The notes under the pieces are model-generated. The model was not told where the DNA came from, did not search any database, and was given only the letters and a program-made list of their open reading frames with translations. Shown piece after piece: positions 11,001 to 20,500 of a stretch of 64,000 bases of DNA. Position 1 is the first letter of the stretch. Every line of letters starts with the position of its first letter. This stretch comes from a virus (taxonomy: Duplodnaviria > Caudoviricetes). The stretch is taken from IMG/VR virus record IMGVR_UViG_3300036770_003093, positions 1 to 64,000 of that record; one strand, written 5' to 3'. Position numbers and translations under genes: made by a program.

Positions 11001-13839
11001 GTATACCGGTTGTTTCTTTATTTTGAGCATAAGCATCAATATCTCCAAAATTATCAACAACTATTTGTAAAATTCTTTTTTGGTTATTAAGATTATAGTT
11101 GTCTGGATCTTCCTCTAACTGCTCATTTATCTCTCGAAGCTTATCGTTAAAAGCAAATCTTATATCAGTAAATAGTATTCTCCTACCATTTTGTGTGTAT
11201 AAGAATAGCAGCGCTTTAGATTGTTGTTCAATACCTGATTTCTTAAGTATAGTATCTATTACCATACCATCTATAGACTCCCGTATAAGATTTAAATCCT
11301 CATCATTTAAGTTTAATGGTGTTTGATCTACAACACTCTTAGCACTGTTAAGAACATTAAACATTGAGTTGTTGATATTCGGTTGTAGATTTAATACTTG
11401 ACCAAAGTACAGTTTGTTAAATGCTTCCGCCACCGCGGGTACACTCATCGCATCTACATAAGCAGTTTTGTTGGTTACACCACCAAACAAAGACTTAAGA
11501 AAATTCCAGATTCTCCTAAACAAAGTATTTTTTACAGGAGAGCCTTTTTCTGGAGTTTGTTGGCGAGCATAATCTCTAAATTGCTCGGCCAAGTATTCTT
11601 CTATTTGAAAGAAAGAAGCATTACTAAACTTAACAACTTCTCCAGAAACAGTTTTAAAGGTGCCCGGTTTTTTACGAACCTCATTATATAACCTGGTTTT
11701 TTCTGCTACAGTTAAATACAACTGTGTAAATCCATGCCAAGCTTCGTGGTATATGTCTACAGCACTCGATCCTTTATAAAGGGTAATGCCTGATTTACTA
11801 AAAGTAGCCCACGCATTACTATTAACAATAGCTAATAATCTGTTTAGAGGAATATGTTTAGACAAAGGACTTTGGGCCCACCACTTTTCAGCAGCATCTA
11901 TCTCTTCCTGGGTAACCTTATTCTCTAGATCAGTTTGCCTAAAGAGCTCATCAAAATCAAAATTATCTGTATCTATAGACCCTTCTGGGTTTATATTTTT
12001 TGCATCGTCTTCTTCTGGTGTAGTTTCTGGCACCTCATCTGTTTCAACAGGAAGTTCTTCTTGAGCCGTAACATATTTAAAGTCTCTAGATAAAGCAAAA
12101 ACAAACGCAGGGTTCTGTGCTCTAAATTGACCATTTGCGTTTAAACCTGTAGCTTTTACACTAACATTGTTGTATACCCATTCATAATAGTTTCCGTTTT
12201 CTACTACGTTTAAAGTATTGTTTCTAACAGAAATATCATAGAATCTTCCTGATCGCCAGTTATTACGATTAATATTAACAGATAAATACTGTGAATTTCT
12301 ATCACTAAAAAACGCTTCTAATACTTCTTTAAGATTTTCAGCATCATTAATGTTATATACTTGAGTTTCTTTAGTTTTATCTTGTTTTACTATAATAGTG
12401 GTAACTGTTCCAGAATTTTTATCAAATATTAGATTGTTTGTCCTAGTATTTGGAATTGTTAATAGACCTTTACCCTTAACTTCTTGAAAAAAGGTTTTGA
12501 GATATTCAAATCTGGTTTGAAAATCAATAGCTACACCGCCTACAGTAATTTCTTTTTCTGATAAAAGAAAGATTACAGCATCTCGTAAATCAGTAAGATC
12601 GTTAAAAAGGGGTTTGTTAACCTCTAATGCTTGATTACTATTAGCAACTAAACCATTAAGTTTAAGAAATTGTTCCCATATAGCATTTTTGGCTGCAAAC
12701 TCTGTAAACTGAATCTTTTCACGGCGCTCTTCTTGCGGAACCTCATCCAGCTGTATCTCTAAACCATTTGCATCTAGTCTAATATCTTTTATTCGAGTAG
12801 GCCCAGAAGTATTAATATTTGGTGCCAGTATACCAGTAATTGGAAAAATGATTTTTGCACCCTTACGCACCTGACTTTTAGCTTCTTCTAAATGATAAAT
12901 TAACTCTGCCTGTTGTTCTGGAAAATTTTTTGAAGGAGCAATCTGTTCTTTTTCTCTTGGATATGTATATACTACTTTACCATTATCTTGATCAGTAATA
13001 TTCCCTTCCTCATCAAAGAATAAAGGGTTGCCATTTTTATCTGTTATTAATAAAATTAGTCCGTTGTTTTTTCTGTTTGAAAAAACATTTCTTTCAGCAG
13101 GTGTCATTAGACGAACATCTTTACTAAAGAAATCAAGTTCTAAACTCTTGTCTAAATCATTATGACGCATCAAGGTGTAGAACAAGTCTTCACCCTGAAA
13201 ATTAATTTGATTAATCCCTGAGTCTTCAGATTCAGAATCAGATTCACTTCTAAAAACAGCTCGCTTAAGATTATAAATACGTTGTTTAAATGGTGTAGTA
13301 TCCTCTAAATTTTGTGTAGCTGGTTCTACTTCTCCTTGACTAATTGGAGCAGCTTCCTGAAAAGTATCACTATTTGGTATCTCTCTATAAGTAAACTGTA
13401 CTGGTCTATTAGCTGCCTCAATACGACGCTTAGTATCTTCATTATTTTCATATTGACTAAGTACAATTCTTTGTTTGTCAACAATCTCTAATAACTCTCT
13501 TATATTTTTACTTTGAGCAACTACAAACTTTTTTACTTTATCAATATTTTTAAATGTTTCAATAGACTCACGAAGTTTGTTTAAGTCAAATCCTTTTTGT
13601 GCTAAATAACCCTCAATGTCTTGATTATAAAAAGCTATACCTCTAATCAAACCAGGTACTAAACGTGCATAAGCTAATGCTGTATTCTCATCATTAGTTG
13701 AGTTAAGAACTAACTTATATACTTTTTGAACACTTGGTATTAAAGAATATTCTCTATCTGCATTCTTAAGCTTTATAATATCACTTTTAAGAATAGCAGT
13801 AAGAGTTTTAATCTGTTCATCTGGAATAGCACAGTTCAT
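2047..13839 (-). CDS. giant virion-associated DNA-dependent RNA polymerase (crAss-like two-barrel RNAP) with N-terminal zincin and C-terminal accessory domains
   Basis: GKSGGDFDFDKL catalytic DxDxD motif (7321-7335) preceded by RIPVQGQSS, matching the crAss-like RIPxQ...DFDxD pattern (DFDID in phi14:2 gp66). HEAWH zincin at 11734-11748 with EEYLAE. C-terminal SLOG-, ASCH- and Macro-like segments. Confidence 0.9.
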   Translation of the reverse strand: MNCAIPDEQIKTLTAILKSDIIKLKNADREYSLIPSVQKVYKLVLNSTNDENTALAYARLVPGLIRGIAFYNQDIEGYLAQKGFDLNKLRESIETFKNIDKVKKFVVAQSKNIRELLEIVDKQRIVLSQYENNEDTKRRIEAANRPVQFTYREIPNSDTFQEAAPISQGEVEPATQNLEDTTPFKQRIYNLKRAVFRSESDSESEDSGINQINFQGEDLFYTLMRHNDLDKSLELDFFSKDVRLMTPAERNVFSNRKNNGLILLITDKNGNPLFFDEEGNITDQDNGKVVYTYPREKEQIAPSKNFPEQQAELIYHLEEAKSQVRKGAKIIFPITGILAPNINTSGPTRIKDIRLDANGLEIQLDEVPQEERREKIQFTEFAAKNAIWEQFLKLNGLVANSNQALEVNKPLFNDLTDLRDAVIFLLSEKEITVGGVAIDFQTRFEYLKTFFQEVKGKGLLTIPNTRTNNLIFDKNSGTVTTIIVKQDKTKETQVYNINDAENLKEVLEAFFSDRNSQYLSVNINRNNWRSGRFYDISVRNNTLNVVENGNYYEWVYNNVSVKATGLNANGQFRAQNPAFVFALSRDFKYVTAQEELPVETDEVPETTPEEDDAKNINPEGSIDTDNFDFDELFRQTDLENKVTQEEIDAAEKWWAQSPLSKHIPLNRLLAIVNSNAWATFSKSGITLYKGSSAVDIYHEAWHGFTQLYLTVAEKTRLYNEVRKKPGTFKTVSGEVVKFSNASFFQIEEYLAEQFRDYARQQTPEKGSPVKNTLFRRIWNFLKSLFGGVTNKTAYVDAMSVPAVAEAFNKLYFGQVLNLQPNINNSMFNVLNSAKSVVDQTPLNLNDEDLNLIRESIDGMVIDTILKKSGIEQQSKALLFLYTQNGRRILFTDIRFAFNDKLREINEQLEEDPDNYNLNNQKRILQIVVDNFGDIDAYAQNKETTGILDFYSRSSNSSISNLVSINDEDIEAETNPDATDNKELQGQMGDKKINNHLIIDYLPKALLTILSLIPDVSITEGRDADLIAGGKMFVYKRNSLGFPKVKNLGHTINAITKTLINESSYDNMLYKLGEAVDAFPVLGVLKAMLPNQDSFTQTSKTVQKQTLLDILIGFWQAFDKAKMEAFLNRQSPQQADAEQGETIRGNLFTIGRATNSLNNVFNNWSSNFKYKTPINRDGSILLDPAKLPRITEKVSYDKVFEFLEVLGVELTDTTKNVIRSGKISLDALKEAVLSMKNDIETHKNNQDFLANPLSFFTVKVKKFTSQRTLLGKIADIEMLYSPLYNNSIVLNANGDIVTDVSMHNSMTRKTAAINSSSNLTQAVDFNAAFNEELNPFFKHSIVRSKLFDKNGRRTKNFSLFIGYHLGYQKLDEYGNIVKGLAASDLTANQKFINDFYSFMLEGIMPTLVHESKSSVYVNYIQDQNGSASLYVDANSFVDTILPSKANIIINNYIRAEYERILLFKTDDLYKKNQALNKDVIVIDSEGKEVTRKAGDVFTAFDDILSAETKENLYRDIAEGVSSRVSIDNNSAAIANDLRSYFEKNEALNTKRFNESSSEIFIDQNIVDRVFDTQNNERLNPQDKNNVLLRAYTVNYFIHRFEMNNFYYGDMAQYDHTKEAGTKYDAGAASGGPGFITDQWILDEINKNYPKTYSESVMRELRPDNAVKATTEILNTSIIKEDTGIRSVSLDDMINKVTELRHQREKGSKKKIKDEVIKAFDKAYGAGMKIGDGHGYINLDTYRHLKIAQDNWLPQQEALYQKIVNGETLDENDAKFFFPTYKLQMYGDLQTEAPITALHKFSLSPLIPNVIEDSLLNDIHKVMIINNIDYITYPSGSKISNVENPVDLYEDNDRNKINMDVEFVVNPVNISYLKEVTSNTNLWKAGQTFATQMRKLIVENLFLDGRIIPGKEVLVEKYLERIKDVTESLENDLLDEIGWVKNPDGTYSGSKEKLAAFLQKQLEKKNIPSYIVDLLSVTEEGTFINDLSAIPNAQIIESIIFSVISRRLILQKSYGEGLVQVPGSFWRKATESERKKWLGTNNFLPFYEYDPVRVKAMKVALTMHGDYFNLFQRKDLNGIKIGTYEFVEQEDGTTKKVLNLEASLKRLNTLIKDDKWLDKDDNRKAITILGVRIPVQGQSSIDAAEIYEFLPPGAGNIIVLPSEIVGKSGGDFDFDKLPSLFPRISRSGKIISASKYATKQDVRNRISELEKELNLDRKDVKKYVKEIIDNLKADKKVTKEELNSVANILEYAKIRRDFIVEDINKLIALDIENGQSKFLPKPLQKALSKPDYENKDIIKALRISSKILNKKGENILERFNKRLYSKIQEFDKLKFEELEPLRNQIEQLKDVRNEFNDAIDRSSDFLSEIKYVLDVERDFTGALQTDLLETATDILLSPENYVSLVTPNSTDIFDDLAAELKRKTQTYNPLERLTTSKNTGVISPTRLFESEYNISKYEAYMTAMDALGIGAIMNTYNVLLNSLGAVSPESYTVDIGQETVEIPVRILMPHQKRGKRISLSNTYTAKTKDAASHKISDVFNQMINGWVDVGKDPWIFYIQGNKEITPVLMYMIMAGVPVEYAVYFVSQPIIREFVKVKAGTSKEKALEELLGQKSVERIVYISQQEVTEDFKLADLKSQLDPTGYDKDYQEKVLLHFVEILNMSDAFTKFTRATNVDTTRENTYLSTRSREAAIAELFYDGRIDRSLIEAVQDPEKSILGGFFIGDFAIALAKEVLPFRFMSEVDDFINSKSNDDDEYRKLAKAKTSGKNNGNEIINSLFRNDLILALYQNAVRGFTLGSSTSYNGIGVTRDTPVKYADFLKSGVHIAFENGVPVIMVDANQIYKMYNDQASKNDNFKNFYPYVDDYARFLIEYSILDYTNPELDSETKKVNRANFKSLNSYAIFQNQRNSFARILNKLALKNQALREQFVVLQSLFVESVEGYDTITLKDKGLDNITGTSYYNELKALKDFNAVKQRVPSLSDDSIKTINFLFRMLPQVIFLQEGLNKNFSNLVNLIDFKTEINPIIQNAINAVNKDQKESFQNFLESFYASFMENNRIGNKIPVKIYRNRGKVKPVPGAYTRFIPEKIRGVRSKKMNNLLFMQLRDARKPYEQYDRIIDQSSNVIYVVYPTVLNQEKAAKSSYIRNSKTKARYIPIAIGFNNIEDGFVEGGEQTVKQQPQPKQYRTEKIISDEDVRLFNQYRGNRALPEEFFTSKTRFKEFYNTQTGKRETAPQSTKWFLNEKNLYDLIDQETGELYISDVDLSTGLRYIEVQPTQPSTNLPGPETTFTLQGKTIKLGRTQSNINNSGAARGADAYFNFRSADYPVSNMNWHNQDMLKRAKEGKEKDLIIGLMENNPQALITDESEYAKVVQIGASRLGKAAKNPATINKLGRNWYQIKNSDAVFAIVESFYTRPDTGNLDMANVSGGTGWAIAYAAEKIDGRERPIYVFNQSDNKWYQYDYIDEIFKEYSGIPKLTKNFAGIGTRKINEAGKKAIDNLYANTFRATQPSTVANEFDVADNLTPIQQNFKDGDGGRKMQPQFAGKSTMDLIMSGDRTRTTRAKTDIQRMAKDYNLSKISDLVGKVIRMTDKTGRQVYTRITKVTPFTQEYQDATWQKEGWEKAVTDNLVGKYPYAIEFEVIQPSTQTTVQPSQIEYTPENITSLKSNEVFVFGSNTEGRHGDGAAKTAVDKFGAKYGEPKGLQGQSYAIITKDLSKGKRSVSLDSIYNQVIDLNDRAKVRDDLKFYVTKFGTDLAGFTTEEIKQIWQDIHENYIIADNIVLPKEFEVRDKQPAVQGVSSTKGITKTPLQTPSITDAKTPNVEQAKKIIDQQLAKIEEVLSNPENNVIMDNSLLISQKTKDIAGDYAGSKAIADYLYGEIYKRFGLPISGTGKFSVRELIRENQQGIEGVEADKINKEDLNGLDLDGTCFRA

Positions 13840-13843
13840 AGAA

Positions 13844-16800
13844 TTAACATTTTGCGTTGTTAGCTAAATCGTTTTCAAGACCTTCAGAATCTTCAGTAAC
13901 CTCTTGTGTAAAAAATGAAGGATCAACCATTACTCTTTGTAAGTTTTCATCAGTAATGTTCAGCAAAAGAGTTTCTTCTGTAGTTAATTCTACAGGTGTT
14001 TCTGTTGCATCAACAATTGGATCAAACGTATTCATAAACTGAGAAGTACTAATTGTTTCTTTAACACTAGGATCTGTTACCAAAGATACAGTGATTTCTT
14101 TTTTAGTTGCATTATAAGATACGATTTTATAAGCAGTATTTATAGAAGGTGTTTCATCTTTTTTATGAAAAAAGTCAAACTCGCCAATTGGCCTAATCTT
14201 TAAATTATTAAGTTTCTCATCTAAAGCCTTAGTTAATAAATCTGTTGTTTCATCATAACCATAGTCTATAAGAAACTTAACTATATCATTTTTTAGAAGA
14301 TAAAGCTCTTCTGCTGTAGTCGCATTTGAAATTTTTTCGCGCAGTATGTCCGTAGCTTCTTGTTTATTTCTAAAGACACCTGTATCTGTTACAGCAACCC
14401 GTCCTATTGTTTCCCCGGTTTCTTTATCAACAATATTTAAAACATCTTCATAAACCATTGATATACCAAAATCTTCAATGACAGATTCTGATAATAGAGA
14501 GATTGTAAACTCTTTATCGCCGGGGTCTTGATATTGTTCTTTTTTATCAGTGTCTATATAAACAGCAAGCTTTACTATTTTTCCACTTATAGGTATCTTT
14601 AGTGTAAAACTATTATATTGTTTATTATAAGTTATTTTACCAGATAAAGTGTTTCCTGCTTTTATAAGTTCTCTAATAAAATCTGCTTTCTCGACTATAT
14701 ATTCAGCCTTTGGTCTTCTCTCTATTTTATTTAGAGTTTTAACTTGCTCATCAGTTAACTCAATTTCAGTGGGTGTTTCTTCAGCACCCTCTTCTAGAGC
14801 AGCTAGTTCTGCATAAGCACTGCTATCTTTTCTACCAACTTCTTCAAGAGCTTTCATAGCCTGCTCTCTAGTCATTGTGCCCTTTTTAACAGCGTCTACA
14901 TATTTTGCATCGTATTCATTGTTGATTTTATCAACATTATTATTGTATTTAAAAACAAAAAAAGTATCCGACGTTTTATCTACTTTTGTAAAACCTACTT
15001 CTGTTATTTTACCCTCTCTTGTAAAGATTTTATCTTCTTTTAATATACTCTTATCAGGGTTTTTTACATCATTGCTTAAAGAATTTTTATAGATTGTTTC
15101 TTTATCATTTAGTTTTTCCTGTCTTCCTCTTTCTATATCAGCTTTAGCACCTGTACCTGTGGCACCTTCACCTTCTAAAGCTTTTAGTTCTGCATCATAT
15201 TTAGCGTTGACAAAAGTTTCTAATGATGCAAGTTGTTTATATGAGTTTGCAATTTTAATAACTCCAGTCCCTGTAGGAGTAGAAAATTTAATACCGTTTG
15301 ATAAAGTAATTTCAATATTGTCGTTTTCTTTTGACATATAGAAATACGTAATATCCCAGTTAAAGTTTGTTTCTAGGAATTTCCAAATCTTTTCTGCAAA
15401 TTTTTTAGAGTCGGTATCCTGTATACTAATAAATTCACTTTGCAGCCTTTTAGCTTTTTCTATCTCAGCTTTAGCATCTGTAGCCCCACCAACTTCTTCT
15501 GTTTCTTCTTCTGTATCCTCAGTTTCTTCTTCTGTAACAAATGCTGATCTTTCTTTAAAGATTTCATCTACCATTTGAGATAGAGTCATTTCTCTTTTAG
15601 TATCATCATCTACAGAATCGCTAGCAAATACTACAAACTTTTCGTTCTCATTAATGGTGATAAAGGGTTGCTCTGGAGACAGCTCCTGATTCTTAACTTT
15701 TGAAGGTTGCTCTACACCATTTATTTTTCCTGTTGCTAAATCATAATCAACTTGTAATGGTAGAATACCAAGGTTTACTTTATCTAAACCGGTTATCTTT
15801 TGTAAAATACGTTTGTATATAATCTGCTGTAAAGCGTTTTTTATATAATTTTTATAAGTATCTGTACCTAAACCGTATTTTTTCCACTTTCCAGCTGTAC
15901 CAGTTTTTACGTCTACAATCCACCACTCTTGATTCTCGTCTATAAACAATAAGTCCATTTGACCAGCAATCTTTGTGTCTTCATCAAACAAGATTTCTGT
16001 TTCAGATGCTATTTGACCAACAGCCTCTCTAAAAGGTTTTAGAAGTTCTTCAAGTTGTTTTGCAGCTTCTTTAGATAATAGTTCTGTTTCTTTTACACTT
16101 GTATCTACATCCGCTACAAAGTCACGTACTCCAGCATCAAACTCGTCACCTACTTCTCTTGATGTATCATATAACCTTTCAGAAAGTGCTAATCCAAAAT
16201 CATCAAAATACTCTGTAAGAACATCTTTTGGAGTAGTAGGATTAGCCAATACTTCTAAAAAATCTGGTTTAGAAGCTATGTATTTATCAAATGCTTTTAA
16301 GGCTCTTTCTAAATTAAAGGCACCTCTTGTATATTTTACAATTGATTCTTCAAAATGTTTTCTTACATCAGTAGCCCTATTATTTTCTACTTCTTTTCTT
16401 AACTCAAGTAAATAAGTACTTACTGTGCTAACAACACCAAAAGGTTTAATTCTAAAATACCTTTGTAATATACCTTCAACAATTACAGTTACCCGGGCGT
16501 AATCTTCTTCATTAATCAAATATGCAGTAGATGACTTTAAAGGTTTACCGTCAGTTCCTGTTTCAACTGCCTGCATTCTTGCGGAAATAGCATTTAGTAC
16601 TCTTTCAATTTCTTGTTCTACAATAGCAACATCTTTATTTCTAAATGATTGTAGCTCTTTTAGAAATGCGCCAAGGTTATTTACATCTTCTTGTAAATCA
16701 GCGTAGCCAGCATCTGTTTTATTTAAACCAGAAAGTTTGTTCTTTAAAGACTGATAAAGACTACTAACATATAACAAAGACTGATCAGAGGTAACTTCTT

Positions 16801-17530
16801 GACCAGTTGTTTTGAGTTTAATATTGTCAGGCTTTTTTCTGCTTGGTGATACAGCGCCGGTACTTAATGCAGTATTATATTGTTCAATAATAGTCCTGGC
16901 AATCGTTGTCTTTAAAAAGTTATTTATATCCCTGTATAATAAAGGCTCTTTAGATTTAAGATCAGTAAACTTCTCATCAAGTCTGTCTTTAAGGGCCCGC
17001 AATTGAGCAAACTCAGAAGTATTAGGTAATAGCTCAAAGTCCTCATATGTAATATCAGAGACTACTATTTTTTCTCCAGGTACAAGACTAGTTTCTTTTT
17101 CTTCTTCCTCTTCTTCCTCTTCTGCAGATATAGGCGTAGTTGTCGTGGTGGTAGCAGTAGCAGGCCCCGTTGCTGTTGTACTTGGTAATGTCCCCGCAGG
17201 TCTAAATCCAATGTATATAAAAATGCGCTCTAAACCTTCTACAGGATCAGTAAACCTGTTAACCATGTCTAGAATAGCATCTTCTCTATACTTTGTTTCA
17301 TCTAGCAAAGTTTTAAAAGTAGAAATGCTTCTACCCTTATTGATAATAGCAAAAGCTGTTTGAACAAACATGGCCGCGCGATTTACACTACCAGTTTGTA
17401 AAGCGACCATATCAAACAAATCAGTCATATACTGATCAATGTCAAATGTCTCAGCATTCGCATTGATGTGAGCATACACATCATTAGCAAGATCAAATAC
17501 CTGTTCCCGGGTTAAAGCACAAGTTATCAT
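13844..17530 (-). CDS. large virion cargo protein with PD-(D/E)xK nuclease domain
   Basis: IAGQMDLLFID...WWIVDVKTG...ALQQIIY is a RecB/Cas4-like PD-(D/E)xK signature (about 15820-15970). Two AKA[ED]IE...AEL[KA]ALE modules. Sits in the cargo gene block. Confidence 0.75.
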   Translation of the reverse strand: MITCALTREQVFDLANDVYAHINANAETFDIDQYMTDLFDMVALQTGSVNRAAMFVQTAFAIINKGRSISTFKTLLDETKYREDAILDMVNRFTDPVEGLERIFIYIGFRPAGTLPSTTATGPATATTTTTTPISAEEEEEEEEKETSLVPGEKIVVSDITYEDFELLPNTSEFAQLRALKDRLDEKFTDLKSKEPLLYRDINNFLKTTIARTIIEQYNTALSTGAVSPSRKKPDNIKLKTTGQEVTSDQSLLYVSSLYQSLKNKLSGLNKTDAGYADLQEDVNNLGAFLKELQSFRNKDVAIVEQEIERVLNAISARMQAVETGTDGKPLKSSTAYLINEEDYARVTVIVEGILQRYFRIKPFGVVSTVSTYLLELRKEVENNRATDVRKHFEESIVKYTRGAFNLERALKAFDKYIASKPDFLEVLANPTTPKDVLTEYFDDFGLALSERLYDTSREVGDEFDAGVRDFVADVDTSVKETELLSKEAAKQLEELLKPFREAVGQIASETEILFDEDTKIAGQMDLLFIDENQEWWIVDVKTGTAGKWKKYGLGTDTYKNYIKNALQQIIYKRILQKITGLDKVNLGILPLQVDYDLATGKINGVEQPSKVKNQELSPEQPFITINENEKFVVFASDSVDDDTKREMTLSQMVDEIFKERSAFVTEEETEDTEEETEEVGGATDAKAEIEKAKRLQSEFISIQDTDSKKFAEKIWKFLETNFNWDITYFYMSKENDNIEITLSNGIKFSTPTGTGVIKIANSYKQLASLETFVNAKYDAELKALEGEGATGTGAKADIERGRQEKLNDKETIYKNSLSNDVKNPDKSILKEDKIFTREGKITEVGFTKVDKTSDTFFVFKYNNNVDKINNEYDAKYVDAVKKGTMTREQAMKALEEVGRKDSSAYAELAALEEGAEETPTEIELTDEQVKTLNKIERRPKAEYIVEKADFIRELIKAGNTLSGKITYNKQYNSFTLKIPISGKIVKLAVYIDTDKKEQYQDPGDKEFTISLLSESVIEDFGISMVYEDVLNIVDKETGETIGRVAVTDTGVFRNKQEATDILREKISNATTAEELYLLKNDIVKFLIDYGYDETTDLLTKALDEKLNNLKIRPIGEFDFFHKKDETPSINTAYKIVSYNATKKEITVSLVTDPSVKETISTSQFMNTFDPIVDATETPVELTTEETLLLNITDENLQRVMVDPSFFTQEVTEDSEGLENDLANNAKC

Positions 17531-20500
17531 TTACACTCAAGATTACTAGATAATTTATTTCTACTTGCAGTAACATCTGCGTTAAAAGCAAATGTATCAT
17601 CAATTAAAGAATCAACGCTACTAACACTTGAGTTAGCAAAACCTTTTTCTTCTTCTGTCACATCTGGTACATCACCACGCTCTTCTACAGGAACTGAATC
17701 TTTATTGTTAAGCTGACGTACAATCTCAAGAACCTCTATATAGTTTTGATACTCAAGAGAGTCAGAATCTACAATTACTCCTCGTCTTGTATCAATAAAA
17801 TTTATGGAAGTCTTTCTATTACTAGGCGCATTCACATAGTTTGTAAACTCTTCTGGAGAAATGTATATCTGAAAATTTTCAGCAAGATAGTTTAGAGCAG
17901 CATTCTTCTCATGGTTCTTTAAAAAGTTGTTGACAATTTTATCAGCATATGTTTTACGTTTGTTATACATATCCTGCATTATCAAAAAGTTTCTATTATA
18001 CTGCTCACTTAAAGCCGCCGGATCAAAGAAAGAATCAATAAATGGTTGTATGCTGCGTAAATTAGATTCTATAGTATGATAATCTACAAGTTTACCTAAA
18101 AACTTTTGAAGCTTCTCATCTTCTATATTTGATAAACGGGCACCTTCTTGTGTAGCAAGTGTAGTAAAAATGTTCTTTGATTTAGTATGAATACGAGCTC
18201 TTAGTTCTTGAGTTTTTTGCTCATATTTTTTCTTTAAGTTCCTTGTCATTTTCGCCTTTGCGCCACGTTTAGCAGTTTTATAAGCAGCACTGTTTTTAAG
18301 ATTTTGCCAAGCTAATTTAAACACATCATCATATCTTTTATACATCTGAATAAGATTGATCACTGAAACATTTTCAGGAATATTAAATGCGCCAAATGCA
18401 AACGCATCATCTAAAGATATCTCACCTAAAGATGTACCAACAGGTCCAGATATCATTGATAACAACTCTTTCTTTTTCTTTAGAGTTTCCTTGTCTTGTG
18501 GTTTAGTTGATGCTTCTAGTATCTCAATCTCACTTTCTAAAAGAACTATTTCATTGTAGGCTGTTTCTGGATTAAACATCATCTGGAATAAACTATTACT
18601 TCCTTTGTTTACTTCTGAGTGTAAATCCATGGCCTCTTTATAAAGGGCCTCCTTCCTCTCAAGTTGAGCATCAAAAAGTTCCCCGTGGAATGCCGCATTA
18701 AACACAGTATGATGATAAGCTTTCTCCCTAAGTTTAGCTAAAACATATTCTGGAGAATCTTTAATCATGCCTTCAGTTGATGCCTCTGCAGGTTTTTCAA
18801 AGTTTTCTAATACATAATTATATCTAGATTGAATAGCTTGAACCTTTTTCTTAAACTCTGGTGCCTGCTCTTTCATACTTTGAGCTTTCTCTTCAGTCAC
18901 ACCATATGCATCGGCAATGTCTTTTACATCAAGTTCTTCTAAAGTATCTAAGTTTTCCAAATAGTAATCAAGTGTTCCTGTTTGTATAGCAGTTAATATC
19001 CCGGATGCTCTTGCTGCATCACGCTCATTTTTCTGTTGCCATTCGTCATTTCTTAACTGAGCATTATCCATACCTTTTGCAAACTCATCTTGTGCTGCAG
19101 TATTAAAGAACCTACTGTCAAACATTACATCAACATCCTGCATCATTTCAGTCAATGTCTTTGCTAACTCAGGACCGTATTTATCTCTTGCTAGTTTATA
19201 ATTTTCATACTCAGCTTTATCAAAGAAATAGTTATAAGCAATTGGCGCCTTTTCAATACCGGCATTAATAGGTTTCATATGCATACCTATCAAGAAGCCA
19301 GAAAGAAATGTTTCTAAACCTTGACCGCTTAATTGTTTTTTTGCTCCATGTAAATACGCAGCTCTATGTGCAAGAGCATTTGCCGCCGTAGGATTGTCAA
19401 AAGCTTCTATGTAATACTTCTTTGCTCCCAGAGAAACAGCTTCTTGAAAAACTTCCTGGAAACCTTCCATAAAGTTAGACGCAGTATATCTTAATGCACT
19501 ACGAAGATGTTTTCTAGGATTTGTAAAAACTTTTAGAGGAGGTAAAATAGTGTCTTTTATAAAATCTATACTTGGTTTTTTACCTTTACCCGCAGCGTTT
19601 ATAACAAAATAACCGCCTTTTCTTTTAACTACATTGTCTGCAAAAGCGTTGCTTATTTCTCTGATTGGTTTAAAACCTCTAAAGGCATTACCAATAGTCA
19701 TACGATTACTTAGATATATAATCGGCCAGTTTAACCACGCGGCTTCTTGACCAGCTGATTCAGCACTTGTATAGATCTCTTTTACCTTAGCATCAGATAA
19801 AGGTTGATTGTTATTTTTTTGTAACTCTTTAGCATACAAACTTTTGTAAACTTCATTGTTTACAAAACCACCTTCTAGATTTGATTCAGATAAAGCAACA
19901 GATAACTCTTTAACATCTCTAAAAAATGCACCACCTGTGGTTGCTACTTTAGCTAAAGATGTAAGGTTCTTAGATTTTCTAAGATCCATAAATGCCTCTG
20001 TTGTTTGACGCAAAGGGTTAGCAAAGTTTACAAAATCACTACCCGCTGCTTTCCAGAATGTTTTAGCACGCATAGGATTTTTAGAAAGATTCTGTAATGC
20101 TTTACGAGTTTTGTTTAATGCACCATAGATATCACCAACACTACTAACTATTTTACTACCGCTACGCAGAGCTGCAGGTGCAGTACCTAGTCCTCTAGTT
20201 GCAGCCGTAATAGCAGCAGTTTCTGCTAATGACTCCATCGCTATACCAACAGTATAAGCAAAAGACATTTGTATATTAGATAGGCTTGATAGCATGCCTC
20301 CCCTGGATGAATAACCCATCTCTGTAGCTTTCTCATACTCACGAGCCTGATCAATATTACCAAGAGTTTTATTACTTGAGCTCAATAAATCTGGGATAGC
20401 CATAAATGAATCAATGGCACCACGTTTAGCTAATGGGAAAAAACTTTTAGTCATCATTCTGGTCCAATCATCAAACACACTTGTATTTGCATTGTACACA

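Noticed and set aside
13831-13849. Split-intein explanation for the terminal cysteines
   Set aside because: No Hint-domain motifs or terminal His-Asn, and the Cys are at positions 3-4 rather than at a splice junction.
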